Part shown: positions 40,228 through 54,785 of the stretch, piece after piece | Numbering within the stretch: the first letter of the stretch is position 1 | How the letters are laid out: each line of letters begins with the position of its first letter | Assembly: GCA_951406725.2 (NCBI GenBank) | Contig: OX597815.1 | Location: 114,390,001 to 114,454,000, forward strand | Source of the DNA: Octopus vulgaris | Lineage: Eukaryota | Direction: 5' to 3' | Length of the DNA: 64,000 bases | Program-made: the position numbers and the translations under genes | The notes under the pieces: model-generated | What the model was told of the DNA's origin: nothing | What the model saw: only the letters and a program-made list of their open reading frames with translations | Database searches by the model: none

Positions 40228-42772
40228 ATGGATAGACGGACGGACAGGCAGGCAGGCATGCAGGCTGACTGATTGATTGATTGATTGATTGATTGATAAT
40301 TTTAAAAATTTTAACTTTCGGTTCCTTTCTAACACAATCTGCTATTTTATGAAAATTTTGTGCTACTGTGTTTCATGAAATTGATTTGGCAATCGCATCT
40401 GGATTGGTAGTTTATTTTATTGATTGCACAGTAGAACAAAAGCTGGCTTCGGTGGAATTTGAACTCAGAACGTAAACTGACAGCAGAAATGCGGCTTAGC
40501 ATTTTATCCGGCATGGTAACCATTTTGCCAGCTCGCCACCTTTTCCTTGCCACTAATAATCCCTACTATAGGCACAAGACCTGAAATTTCAGGAAAGGAA
40601 CTAGTCGATTACATTGACCCCAGTACTCAACTAGTATATATTTTATCGACCCCGAAAAATGAAAAGCAAAATCGATATCGGCAGAATTTGAACCCAGAAT
40701 GCAAAGACAGACGAAATGCCGCTAAGTTTTTTATCCGGTGTGTTAACGGTTTTGTCAGCTCGCCGCCTTATCCTTGCCCCCAATAATTAATTCTTCTATA
40801 GGCACAGGGTCTGAATTTTGGTGAGAGGGAACTATTCGATTACATCGACCCCGGTACTTGACTAGTACTTTATTTCATCGACCTCAAAAAGAGAAAAAGC
40901 AAAGTTGATCTTGGCGAAATTTGAATTGAAAACGTAAAAACGGACGAAATAGCGCTATGTATTTTGCCCGGAGTGCTAACGATTCTCCCAGTCGGTGAGC
41001 TCGCAAAATCGTTAGCGTGTCGGACAAAATATTTGACTGCATTACTTCTGGTTCTGAGTTCACATCCTGCCGAGGTCAACTTTGTTTTTCATCCTTCCGG
41101 GGCCAATAAAATAAAGTATCAGTCTAGCATCGGGGTCGATATAATCTCCCTAAATATGCTGGCTTTGTTCCAAAATTGAACCTTTTTAATTATCATTATT
41201 TCTAACATAGGTGTAAGGTGACAAATTTATAGAGTCCCATCTATTTTATGATCGTAATGTTTCACAGTTACTTATCGATTTCAAAAGCAGGAAAGCAAAA
41301 TCAGCCTCGATTCGAGTTGTACTTTCAAATTGTTAAGGGGTGTAACTAAATATAGGGTTGAAATTTTAGCACAAGGCCAGTAATTTCGAGGGAGGGGATA
41401 AGTTGATTACATCGACCCCAGTGTTCAACTGGTATTTATTTTATCAACTCCAAAGGATGAAAAGCAAAGTCGCTCCAGGTGGAATTCGAACTCAGGGCTT
41501 AAAGACAGGCGAAATGCCGCTAAGCGTTTTGCCTGGCGAGCAAACGATTTTGACCCCCTTCCTTTCACATATTTTTGAGGGATTCTCCATGACTCCTTCA
41601 CAGCGTAGGGTGGCTGATACTAAGAGATAATAAATACACGAAAGACGCACATAGACAGAAAAAGAATAATCTACCCCAGTACGTGACTGGTAGTTTATCG
41701 ACCTCGAAGAGATAAAAGGTGGAGAAGACCCCTGTTTGACCTACTACAAATTCTACCATCCAACAATAATGATGGTTTCTAACGTAAGCACAAGGGCACA
41801 TGTTTTTGAGGATGATATATATTCGATATATAGTGTTGTTGAGTGTAATAATATTTCAATAATTGTTTATATGATTTAATAACCTTTATTTTGTTAATTC
41901 GTATATATTATAATATTTAAATATATTTATTTAATATTCGATTAAAATATCCCGATTTTTTGATTGCTATTCATTCCATCGATTCCAGGGAGTGAAAGAA
42001 AGGTAAAATTGGCCTCGGCGAGATCTTAACACAAAACGTACAGGGTTGTAATCGAATACCAAATTATAATCATTTTCAGCATTGGCACCAGACCACAACA
42101 TCTTGATACAAAATAGGGTTTTTAAAGTAGCAAACACACACACACCACACACACACACACAGATGCCAGGTATAAAAACTAAATAGTTAGCTGTAATAGC
42201 TTAAACAAGAGCGTCATCTTCGCGGAGCAATACAAAGAAAAGTATTTACTGGCTATGAAGAGGAAGACTAAACCTTTGGGGTGCATTTTGAAATCGCCTG
42301 AAGAGAACATCAATAATTGTGTAGTTCGACATTTGTGGCTACGTAGATGGTTTTAGTTGCGTGTTGTTCAAGAATAATCATAATACAGAGATTGAGGTGC
42401 CATAGTTTTTCCTGAATATGTATCATGATTGTGCCTTCCACTGGACTAGAGATCAAATTGTTATGTATCTTGGAAGATGCCTTAAGATATATATTTAATT
42501 AAGTGAATCATGGACAAAGAACAGGTTTCAGGTAGGTGTGAATGTATAATAACGCCTGTGAGCGGAATGTTGCAGGTCTGAAGAATAGTACACATCGGGC
42601 AAAGTGCTTAACGGAATTTCGTCCGTCTTTACGTTCTGAGTTCAAATTCCGCCAGGTCTACTTTGCCTTTCATCCTTTTGGAATCGATAAAATAAGTACT
42701 AGTTGCGCACTGGGGTCGATATAACCAATTTACCCCGAAACTACTGCTCTTGTACCAAAGTTTGAAACCATT
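39230..42772. mobile_element. Dense cluster of about 10 diverged SINE B copies/fragments, mostly minus strand, plus an A tail at 39781-39890
   Basis: Recurrent gtcgattacatcgacccc / ggaatttgaactcagaacg motifs at ~39280, 40450, 40610, 40840, 41410, 41680, 42000; plus-strand copies at ~40990-41180 and 42570-42772. Confidence 0.8.
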
Positions 42773-43070
42773 ATTTGCATAGGAGTAGGTAGTCTTTATC
42801 TTGAACGACAACAGGTGGTGAAGCTCCAAACTTAACCGCAACAGCTGGTGAGGTTCCAACTCCTGAGTCCAAATGTTTTGGAGAGTATTGGGTTAATCCT
42901 CAGTCACTACAATTTCCAGGTTTTCTCTGACGCGGGTTGATAGAACCTCTTAAGTTATGGGTCAAATAGCAGAGGATTGTTATGTGGCTAAAGCATACAA
43001 AACACATAGGAGGGCTGACCCTAGATATGTATCACAGGCCCACCTGTGTGGGGAATATTCTGTGGTCACA

Positions 43071-43690
43071 TGATAGAGCGCAGGCTATAGAGAGCCACAC
43101 CACCGCACGATCGAATGATGCGATCTCTCAAGAATCTTCCGATCTAAGGTCAGAGAGCCGGATGAAGCCCATAGGCGGGGAGCTAAGATAAGAAATATAC
43201 CAGACGCTATCGAATGCTTTACTAATATCTTGTATAACTAAGAGTTATACAAGATGTATCTGTAGGGTATGCTTGAGAGAGTAGAAGACTAGCAGAGGGA
43301 ACTATGATTAATTCGGCAGAAAGCAACAGGAAATCACTATTGTATGTTACCCGAGAAAAATCAATGAATCATCAAACTTCGATGTGGTCATCCAAGATTG
43401 CTGACACCTGAAAGCATAGCACTTGAGGAGAGAGAGAGAGAGAGAGAGCGACGGACAGAGACAGACAGACAGACACAAGTGGGCTGAGAAAGAGTGGAAA
43501 GACATAACCAATCTTTGGAGTATTTTAAAGTTGATAGAGCGCAGGCTATAGAGAGCCACGCCACCGCACGATCGAATGATGCGATCTCTCAAGAATCTTC
43601 CGATCTAAGGTCAGAGAGCCGGATGAAGCCCATAGGCGGGGAGCTAAGATAAGAAATATACCAGACGCTATCGAATGCTTTACTAATATC
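43071..43690. repeat. 159-bp direct repeat pair (43071-43229, 43532-43690; 1 mismatch), LTR-like ends
   Basis: tgatagagcgcaggctatagagagcc...cgaatgctttactaatatc duplicated at a 461-bp offset; second copy plus the next base reads TGATA...TATCA. Confidence 0.93.
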
Positions 43691-44884
43691 AATTGCAAGA
43701 AGGATATTGTCACCGTATTTCTTAGATCCGGGGACCAAAGGTACGTGATTTAGAAGAGCAGTTCCGCAGATTAGGTTTTACTTAAACCGAACATAGGAGA
43801 GGCGAGGACACAAGATGTTGTAGAATGCGATTGATAACGGTTGCCTTTATCAATTTGAAGATGACAAAAGTGAAATTGATAGCTGGAAGACAAATGGATT
43901 ACTGTTCTTGAGAGTGGGGTTGTGACATGTTTTGAAAGATCGGGATAGACCAATTGGGAGAGAAAAGGAGAGAAAGCGTTTGACAAAGATGAAGTAGCGG
44001 TTAGCTCTGAGTGCAATATATGAGAGTAACAGAAGAGACGTCACACACACACACGTGTGTGTGTGTGTGTGTGTGTATGGCGAAATTATCTGCTCAAGGA
44101 AATCAGAAGTTTAAACTCGCTACTGGTGAAACGTTGCATTTTCCATCGCACCAGTTTATCTAAGCGTATTCGCCAGAACATTTCAAAGTTGCTCTCAGCC
44201 AGACTCTACCATTTAATCTCGGTCTAACTAGCCGTGTTGTCTTACTGGGTTCACCCCTCCGTCATCTAACTACTAGCCATCAAATCAAATTCATTATGCA
44301 CATCTTCCATTATTAAGAGAGAGCCCCTCAAGCTGTTAGAAATAGCAATCAAACCTTCCTCAAATCACTACACCCAACTTCCTTTTTAAAAAACTGAAAG
44401 GCACACTGGATAATGTAGGCATAGAAACAATGTCCGAATCAAATACGATTGATGATCACGACTGGAACTCATTTTGATAATTGAACTGTTTAATCAGAAT
44501 ATTGATATTGCCATCGACAACAACTGACAGTCATATTAAATCTGTTATGCATAAAGCAGCTTCCACCGGGTAAAAAGGTCAGCGTGTGAAGCCATATGTG
44601 GTTGTGCGACCTGCTAGAAATAGCAGGACATTATGGAAATGTGTTTCTAAGTACACTTTGCCTCAAAATAAGATACAATAATCAAAGTTGAGGCAACTTT
44701 GAATTTTCGTTTATATATATATGTATATGAAATAACTTCCAAGTTTCTTCTGTTTAGTAGATATATTCATTTAGATTTCACGTACACACACGAGCACTCA
44801 TGCACACACACATACGCAGAGAGAGATAGGGGGAGGACCGTGAGTGTGGAAGACATGAGTGTTACTTTATTACAATAAAAGTAA

Positions 44885-45283
44885 GCGGCGAGCTGGCAGA
44901 AACGTTAGCACGCCGGTCGAAATGCGTAGCCGTATTTCGTCCGCCGCGGCGTTCTGAGTTCAAATTCCGCCGAGGTCGACTTTGCCTTTCATCCATTTGG
45001 GGTCGATTAAATAAGTACCAGTTACGCACTGGGGTCGATATAATCGACTTAATCCGTTTGTCTGTCCTTGTTTCTCCTCTCTGTGTTTAGCCCCTTGTGG
45101 GTAGTAAAGAAATAGGTATTTCGCACGTCGCTACGTTCCGAGTTCAAATACCGCCGAGGCCGACTTTGCCTTTCATCCTTTCGGGATCGACAAAATAAGT
45201 ACCGGCTGAGTACTGGAGTCGATGTAATCGACTTGCTCCCGCCCCCAGAATTCAAGCCTTGTGCCTATAGCAGAAAGGATTAT
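44885..45283 (+). mobile_element. SINE family B dimer
   Basis: Head gcggcgagctggcagaaacgttagc, body, linker ending aaagaaataggtatttcg, second body, tail 2 gcctatagcagaaaggattat. Confidence 0.92.
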
Positions 45284-45377
45284 AACGAAAGTATCGTGGT
45301 TTAGTGCAATAAGCACCACGATCGCCTGGCAAGCGATAAATTTGTGGTTCGGCTACACACACATATATATATATATG

Positions 45378-45751
45378 TTCTTTTATTTGTTTCATTTGAC
45401 TGCGGTCATGCTGGAGCACCTCTTTGAATGATTTTAGTCGAACAGATCTACCCCCCAGATTTATTTTTGTGTGCCTAGTACTTATTCTATCGATATCTTT
45501 AGCCGAACCGTTAAGTTACTGGGACGTAAACACACCAACATCGGTTGTCAATGGCTGATGGGGGCGGGGACAAATGAAGACACACTATATATATATATAC
45601 GACGGGCTTCTTTCAGTTTCCGTTTACCAAATACACTCACAAGGCCTGAATCGGCCCGAGGCTATAGTAGAAGACACTTGCCCAAGGTGCCACGCAGTGG
45701 GACTGAACCCGGACCTACGTGGTTGGGAAGCAAGCTTCTTACTACACAGCC
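45378..45751 (-). mobile_element. SINE family A, near full length
   Basis: catttgactgcggtcatgctggagcacc ... cttactacacagcc. Confidence 0.88.
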
Positions 45752-45878
45752 TTATAAATATCTACATTATTCAGAGAGACATACGCATGCTTGTATAAAT
45801 GTGTGACGCATGTATGCACGTATGAGTGTGTACCTGACGTTTTGGTTTCTAAACTAGTCTCAATATATTCTCTCTCTA

Positions 45879-46257
45879 GGCGGCGAGCTGGCAGAATCGT
45901 TAGCACGCCGGGCGAAATGCTTAGCAGTATTTCGTCTGCCGCTACGTTCTGAGTTCAAATTCCGCCGAGGTCGACTTTGCCTTTCATCCTTTCAGGGTCG
46001 ATTAAATAAGTACCAGTTACGCACTGGGGTCGGCATAATCGACTTAATCCGTTTGTCTGTCCTTGTTTGTCCCTTCTGTGTGTAGCCCCTTGTAGGTAGT
46101 AAAGAAATAGGTATTTTGTGTCTTTACGTTCTGAGTTCAAATTCCGCCGATGTTGACTTTGCCTTTCATCCTTTCGGGGTCGATAAATTAAGTACCAGTT
46201 GCGTACCGGGGTCGATGTAATCAACTGCCCCTCTCCCCCAAAATTAGAGTAGAAAAG
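45879..46257 (+). mobile_element. SINE family B dimer with 16-bp target-site duplication
   Basis: Flanked by aatatattctctctct at 45862-45877 and 46258-46273. Confidence 0.93.
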
Positions 46258-46324
46258 AATATATTCTCTCTCTTTTTTAATTATTCTCTTACAAGTCATT
46301 CAGTTACTTAAAGCAGAAACAATG

Positions 46325-46545
46325 AAATCTCTTTTCTACTGCAGCCACAAGAGATGAAATTTTCGTGGAGAGGGCTAGACGATTACATCGACCCCAGTGC
46401 ATGATTGGTACTTATTTTATCAACCCTAAAAGGATAAAAAGCGTAGTCGACCTCGGAAGAATTGGAACTCAGAACGTAAAGACGGACGAAGTGCTGCTAT
46501 GCATTTTGCTCGGCGTGCTAACGATTCAGCCACCTCGCCGTCTTT
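46325..46545 (-). mobile_element. SINE family B monomer
   Basis: cgattacatcgaccccagtg...ggaactcagaacgtaaagacggacgaa...ctcgccg. Confidence 0.85.
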
Positions 46546-46780
46546 ACACAGTGAAATACCAAAACATATTACATATGGGTGATTGTGAGTATGTTATGCG
46601 CAGATACGCACAAATACACATACGCACAGACGTATGTGTGCATGCACACACAAACACACACACAGACACACACACAAAAAGTTAATGTTTGTTTTTTCGT
46701 CAAAGTTATATATAAAAACAATTTAAATTGAAGATTGAATCAGTACTATTAAAGTTCCCCTTGTAAAAGTTTAGTATATA

Positions 46781-46861
<81 letters not shown>

Positions 46862-47014
46862 AATGAGGGATGGATGGGGGAGGGGCATCATCAAAAAAGG
46901 TATGCAAAGCCAGGGAAAATAATTAAACATTCACCGAAATAGAAAGAGAATGTATGCGTCAGTCCACGTATATCTGTGTGTGTGTGTATGCGTACGTAAG
47001 TTCGCGCGTGTATA

Positions 47015-47398
47015 TCTCTCTCTATATAAACGGCAGTTTGTCTGTGCGTTTTCTGTGTGTCTGTTTTCTCGTACCCTCACTCTGACCACGGCTTTCAACC
47101 GATTCTGATGAAACTTGACACACACATAGCCCAATGTCATAATTCAAAACTAACGCAGCGAAAATTTTGAAAAGTTCCCCCAGTTCTGAAAAAAATCGAT
47201 AAATTCGACATGGGGTCGAGAATCTGAAACCCAAACCACAGACCGTCTAAGGGACGCAACTCCACCTTTTTTAACTCTCAAAAAAAAATTTACCATAATT
47301 TTTTTTCCATTTTTTTGCTATTTTTTGTCTATAACTCTCTAAAATGCTTTATAGTTATTTCCCTTACAAACCTGAGCAACGCCGGGCGATACTGCTAG
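47015..47398 (+). mobile_element. Non-autonomous Helitron
   Basis: 5' TC after A(47014); subterminal hairpin-like cctgagcaacgccggg; 3' CTAG followed by T(47399); no TSD. These are canonical Helitron termini. Confidence 0.82.
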
Positions 47399-47523
47399 TA
47401 TATATATAAGATTAGCCGTGATTGGATATTTAATACTGTACATTTCGGATAATATCTATATTTATATACACACACACACACATACACACACACACACACA
47501 TAAACGCACACGCGCGCACACAC

Positions 47524-48172
47524 GATGGCTGTGTGCGGTTCGGTCGTTCAGTTCCGCTGCTTGGAAAACTTGGGTAAGTTTCTTTTGCTATGGCCTCGGG
47601 TCGACCAATGTCTTCCGAATGAATTTGGTAGATGGAAACTGTGTGGAACCCCGCAGTGTGTATATGTATATATGCGCGTGTTTTTTTGGGGGGGTTTTTT
47701 TTTGTCTCTTTCCTCGTTTGACAAGTGCTGGTTTCTTTAAGTTCCTGTAATTTAACGGTTCAGCAAAACACTGATAAAATAAGCACTGGGAATCGATTTG
47801 ATTCAAGCAAATGGGAAGCAGTAAGTGAAGTAGATGGTGAATATGCTCCGGAATAATCATATTAAGGATGTTTTTGTTATATGTTATTGTTTTTGTTGAA
47901 TAAAACTTTTAGAAAAAAGCCGCAATAATTATGCACCAACCCATTTCCCTATATATATTATATGTTTGTGTGTCTGTGTTTATATCCCCAACATCGCTTG
48001 ACAACCGATGTTGGTGTGTTTACGTCCCCGTAACTTGGCAGTTCGGCAAAAGAAAACCGATAGAATAAGTACTAAGCTTACAAAGAATAAGTCGTGGGGT
48101 CGATTTGTTCGACTAAAGGCAGTACTCCAGCATGGCCACAGTCAAATGACTGGAAGAAATAAAAGAAAAGAA
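47524..48172 (+). mobile_element. Two SINE A copies (degenerate 47524-47830; 3' half 47955-48172)
   Basis: gaatttggtagatggaaactg; aacatcgcttgacaaccgatg...ccagcatggccacagtcaaatgactg. Confidence 0.8.
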
Positions 48173-48199
48173 TAAACCAATATATCTATATTCATAGGA

Positions 48200-48455
48200 T
48201 AAATGATAAATTTCCTTCCTTGAATCCTATAGACTCATAAGGGCCGGTTTCCCAGTTTCCGTGGCGCATAAAATTCCCCATTTGGACGCAACACCTGTCT
48301 GTCACAGAATTACTAATTTTTGCCAGCAGGGTGGTCTGGAGCAGTGTGAAATGAAGTGTTTTGTTCAAAGAACACAACGCGTCACCTGGTCCAGGAATCG
48401 AAACCACAATCCTACGATAAGTCAAACACCTTAACCATTGAGCCGCATGCCTCCA
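48200..48455 (-). mobile_element. tRNA-derived SINE, body Y (CORE-like) + tail Q
   Basis: Reverse complement reads ggaggcatgcggctcaatggttaagg...ggtttcgattcctgg...caaaacacttcatttcacactgctccag...gccacggaaactgggaaaccggccc. Confidence 0.8.
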
Positions 48456-48689
48456 CATAAACATACTCTTATATACGCGTGCGCACACGCACACACACAC
48501 ACACGCACATATATACACACATACGCATATACAAAGACACGCTCACAGATATGTGTACACATATACAGATATGTACACACACACATACACACACACCTAT
48601 ATACATACATACATACATACATACATACATACATACAATAAATTAATAAATAAAACATGCATATATACATACATATATGTACGTACCTA

Positions 48690-48724
48690 CCTCTACATGT
48701 ATATATACATGCATATATGGGTAC

Positions 48725-48777
<53 letters not shown>

Positions 48778-48783
48778 CACACA

Positions 48784-48827
<44 letters not shown>

Positions 48828-48922
48828 CCTATACACACCTCTACATGTATATATACATGCATATATGGGTACAGGACATATATATATATATTTATATATA
48901 TATTTATACACACACGCACACA

Positions 48923-48966
<44 letters not shown>

Positions 48967-48990
48967 CCACCTATACACACACACATACCT
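48690..48990. repeat. Tandem duplication of a ~150-bp microsatellite-containing unit
   Basis: cctctacatgtatatatacatgcatatatgggtacaggacata appears at ~48690 and ~48838, each followed by (TA)n-cacacc-(TA)n. Confidence 0.85.
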
Positions 48991-49739
48991 ATACACACGC
49001 ACGCCTATATATAGGTGCGTTTGTGTATTTTGCATGTATATATGAATATGCATATTAATGTGGGAACATACATAATATTATTTGCATGTATGCGCGTATG
49101 TGCATGAGAGAGAGAGGGGGGGGGCATGCGCCCGTGCATGAAACATTAAATGAATGAACAAATCTGATGATGGAACGAAGAAATGAATAAATGCAACATT
49201 ATATGTATATCGGTGGTTTGATATGAGACTGTAGAAAAGTAGACAAGAAAATACTTTCATTGAAAGAAACACCAACTTGTAAACAAAAATATCAAAGCAA
49301 TATATATCAAGTAAAAAAAAGCAAAGGAAAGCAAAACATAACAGTCAGTATTAAAATAATGAAACCAGTAAACATTAAATAATTACTATTAATTAATAAA
49401 GAATTATTAATAATATCTTACATGAAATTGTATCTTCGTTTTACGTTGACTATAAGCTTAGTTCCCAGTTGTCGAAGTTTATACAACTTGCATGTCGTTC
49501 TCCTTGTCACTTTATAACTGACACACACTGTGAGGAACTTGTTAGCGAAAAACTCTGCCAAGCTCCTCTTGTTATTGTTTTATTGATATTTTTTGTATTT
49601 CTACATCCTTTTTTTTTATTTGTTTGTTGGTTTGTTGTTGCTTGCTGCTATTTTTTATTCTTTATTTCTCTCTCTCTCTCTCTTTCTCTCGCTCTTTTCA
49701 CTTGTTTTTCGTCTTTACCTCGCAACTACCAATCATTTC

Positions 49740-49891
49740 CAGCACCATCATCGTTGCCGCTACTCCAACGACTACTACTACTACTACTACAACTACTACT
49801 GCTACTACTGTTACTCTGCTACCACCGCCATCTCCGCCACTGACACCATCGCAATAATCACTACCATTACCGCTACCACCTCATATTATTA

Positions 49892-49942
<51 letters not shown>
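49740..49942. repeat. Compound trinucleotide microsatellite (CTA)n / (CCA)-rich / (TTA)n
   Basis: Directly visible. Confidence 0.9.
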
Positions 49943-49943
<1 letters not shown>

Positions 49944-50880
49944 TTTTTATGTCCTAAAGCATATAAGAGTCAGCTTCCCGCTACCTTCCACCCCTGTAGG
50001 TGTTTCCGTAGCGATGGTGTCTGTATGTCTGTCTGTCTGTCAGCCAGCCGAAGCAAACCACGTGCAGAGGAGAGATGGAGAGATAGATAGATAGATAGAA
50101 AGAAAGAGAGAGAGAGAGAGAGGCATGAAAAGAGATATCGGGAGAGTGTGAGAGGTGATGATGAAGATGATGGTGGTGGTGGTCTAGAAAGTGGAGAAGG
50201 GGCAGATTAAAAGTAAATATACTAAACCAAGCATAAAATACATTAAGAGAAGACAAAAAGAGAAACAGAAATAAGAAGAAAAGATGCCTGGATTCTCGAT
50301 CGAAATCATTAAAAAAAAATTAGTTGCTACTACTACTACTACGACTGCTACGACTACAAGAAAAATACGACATGAAGAATAAACAAACCTGTAAAAAAAC
50401 TATATAACGCTACCCCCTAATGAATTAACGTAACAAATTAGCTAAGTGTTTAGGATATGAGATTGACACTTGCCATACCCCAATTCCATCATACCGCATA
50501 ACGCAAGAGGGGAGCTTCACTTGAATCAAACGAGCAAGGTGGTGGTAAAAGAGAGGGCTTAGTGTACCGGTTTCGATTCCCGCTTCAAGTCAATCCCACT
50601 TTCACCTGCCTTTTTTTCTTTTTTTTTTTTTTTAGAATTTAATTTTATAAGCTAAGCAGGATCGATATATAGCATTGGAAAACATGTTTAAAATATGTTA
50701 ACGTTCTATGTTCGTTCTGAGTTCAAATCCCGTCAAGTTCAACTTTACCTTTCATTGGTTCGGGGAAAGATAAAATGAATACTTGTCAAGTACTGGGTTC
50801 GATTTATTCAACTTGTTCCCTGCTCTCAAATTAGGAAGAATTATTATTAGCCGGATCGTTAGTACAACGGACAAAATAAA

Positions 50881-51525
50881 GGCGGTGAGTTGGAAGAATA
50901 GTTTGCGCGCGGGACAAAATGCTTAGCAACATTTCTTATTTCTTTATTGCCCACAAGGGGCTAAACATAGAGGGGACAAACAAGGACAGACAAATGTATT
51001 AAGTCGATTACATCGACCCCGGCACGCAACTGGTACTTAATTTATCGACCCCGAAAGGATGAAAGGCAAAGTCGACCTCAGCAGAATTTGAACTCAGAAC
51101 GTAGCGGCAGACGAAATACCTATTTCTTTATTATCCACAAGGGGCTAAACACAGAGGGGACAAACAAGGACAGACAAACGGATTAAGTCGATTATATCGA
51201 CCCAGTGCGTATCTGGTACTTATTTAATCAACCCCGAAAAGATGAAAGGCAAAGTCGACCTCGGCGGAATTTGAACTCACAACGTAACGGCAGACGAAAT
51301 ACGGCTACGCATTTCGCCCGGTGTGCTAACGTTTCTGCCAGCTCGCCGCCTTTCTATCGACTTTTTATGTTCCGAGCTCAAATTCCACCGATGTTGACTT
51401 TGCCTTTCATCCTTTCGGGATCGATAAATCAAGTACCAGTTGAGTACTGGGGTCGATATGATCGACTGTCCTCCTCCCCAGAAAATCCAGGTCTTGTACC
51501 TATAGTAGAAAGGATTATTATTATC
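50881..51525. mobile_element. Nested SINE B: minus-strand dimer (50936-51350) inserted into a plus-strand monomer
   Basis: Plus-strand head ggcggtgagttgg...atgcttagcaacatttc is interrupted and resumes at 51351 (gttccgagctcaaattccaccg...tagtagaaaggattatt). Confidence 0.85.
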
Positions 51526-51599
51526 ATTACTTTTCCTGGGACAAGAGGGACAAAGTGATCAAATTATGCTGGGGTCAGTAGTCTGGGACTCTCCCAGAG

Positions 51600-52015
51600 G
51601 CACCTAAAGACCAAATGGTTGTTAAAACCTCAACTCAAAGGCCAGGCAGGTGGCCATGTTCTATCGGACGAAGTTGTTCAACGTGCCTTCCTTACCTTAT
51701 CCGCCCACTACGAAAATCGAAAACGGTACACATAGCAACATTACGTCGCAGTTACTGTACCTCAACCGGTCCAGCTTTCTTTAATACCATACCAAAATAC
51801 GTCAAAACGGAAACGGATCCCATAAAATTCAAAAGTTCACTGGACAAATTTCTTCAAAAAATCCCGGACGAACCTCCTACACCCGGATATGTTTTCAACA
51901 ATAATAACTCTTTGCTAGAGTGGGCTATGGTGCCCCATATATGACTAAAAGACTTCACCAGCTGGTGCTATTAAGTTAGACATGGCCTGGGCCTATACTG
52001 GCCGAAAACTACACA
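51600..52015 (+). mobile_element. Second CR1-group LINE 3' end
   Basis: GPAFFNTIPKYVK...FKSSLDKFLQKIPDEPPTPGY...NSL parallels the C-terminus of the LINE at 10865 (FNNLPKSLR...LDLFLSRVSDEP...NSL). Confidence 0.8.
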
Positions 52016-52057
52016 ATACACACACACACACACAAACATAAATATCTTTTTTTTTTG

Positions 52058-54157
<2,100 letters not shown>

Positions 54158-54268
54158 TATACCACTCTTCGTTCTTTCGTTTCCCTTCTCTCACATTTCT
54201 TTGCCTTCTCTTCTTACTCACTTTCCCTCCACTTTTCATTTTACTGTGTCCCTGTCATTTTCTCTCGC

Positions 54269-54419
54269 CCCTCCTTAATTCTTCTGTCCCTCTGCTTCTA
54301 CTTCTCTCTCTTCTCTTAACCCTCCTTAATTCTTCTGTCCCTCTGCTTCTACTTCTCTCTCTTCTCTTAACCCTCCTTAATTCTTCTGTCCCTCTGCTTC
54401 TACTTCTCTCTCTTCTCTT
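54269..54419. repeat. 51-bp minisatellite, three essentially identical copies
   Basis: ccctccttaattcttctgtccctctgcttctacttctctctcttctcttaa at 54269, 54320 and 54371. Confidence 0.95.
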
Positions 54420-54680
54420 CCCTCTTGTTTTTGTATACATTCGCTGCTTTCTTCCAAGGAATCTAATGCTCTTAGCTTAGTTTTTCCTTGGGGCTAGCCA
54501 TATTGGAGCAATCTCAAGAATAATCAGCCGAAATTGCGAGGATAATCTGGTTCTTGACTGAAGATAGAAAACTTCGAATGACCCGTCCTTATTTTCTTTG
54601 TATCGTCTTTCTGGATGTTTTGTTGTCCCCTTTTTGTATCACCTGGTTGTCCGGATGTTTTGCGTTCTTGTCCCATTTTG

Positions 54681-54690
<10 letters not shown>
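54420..54690 (+). mobile_element. Possible Penelope-like terminal fragment ending at (TA)n
   Basis: ctgaaga...cgaa motif followed by a T-rich tail running into (TA)n, an architecture typical of Penelope pLTRs; no coding evidence. Confidence 0.25.
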
Positions 54691-54732
<42 letters not shown>

Positions 54733-54754
54733 CATACATACATACATACATACA

Positions 54755-54785
<31 letters not shown>

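Noticed and set aside
47100-47120. Hammerhead-like ctgatga motifs (also ~29154, 30619, 49164)
   Set aside because: No stem II plus GAAA arrangement or flanking helices visible.
48431-49058. Many long ORFs with YIYI/HTHT/CVCV runs (also at 293-797, 7456-7991, 25974-27090, 35688-36428, 52214-53304, 54554-54907)
   Set aside because: These are translations of (TA)n, (CA)n and (TACA)n microsatellites, which lack stop codons; not genes.
49469-50090. ORFs with poly-L/Y/T tracts suggesting a membrane or mucin-like protein
   Set aside because: Derived from (CTA)n and (TTA)n trinucleotide repeats; no splice or domain support.
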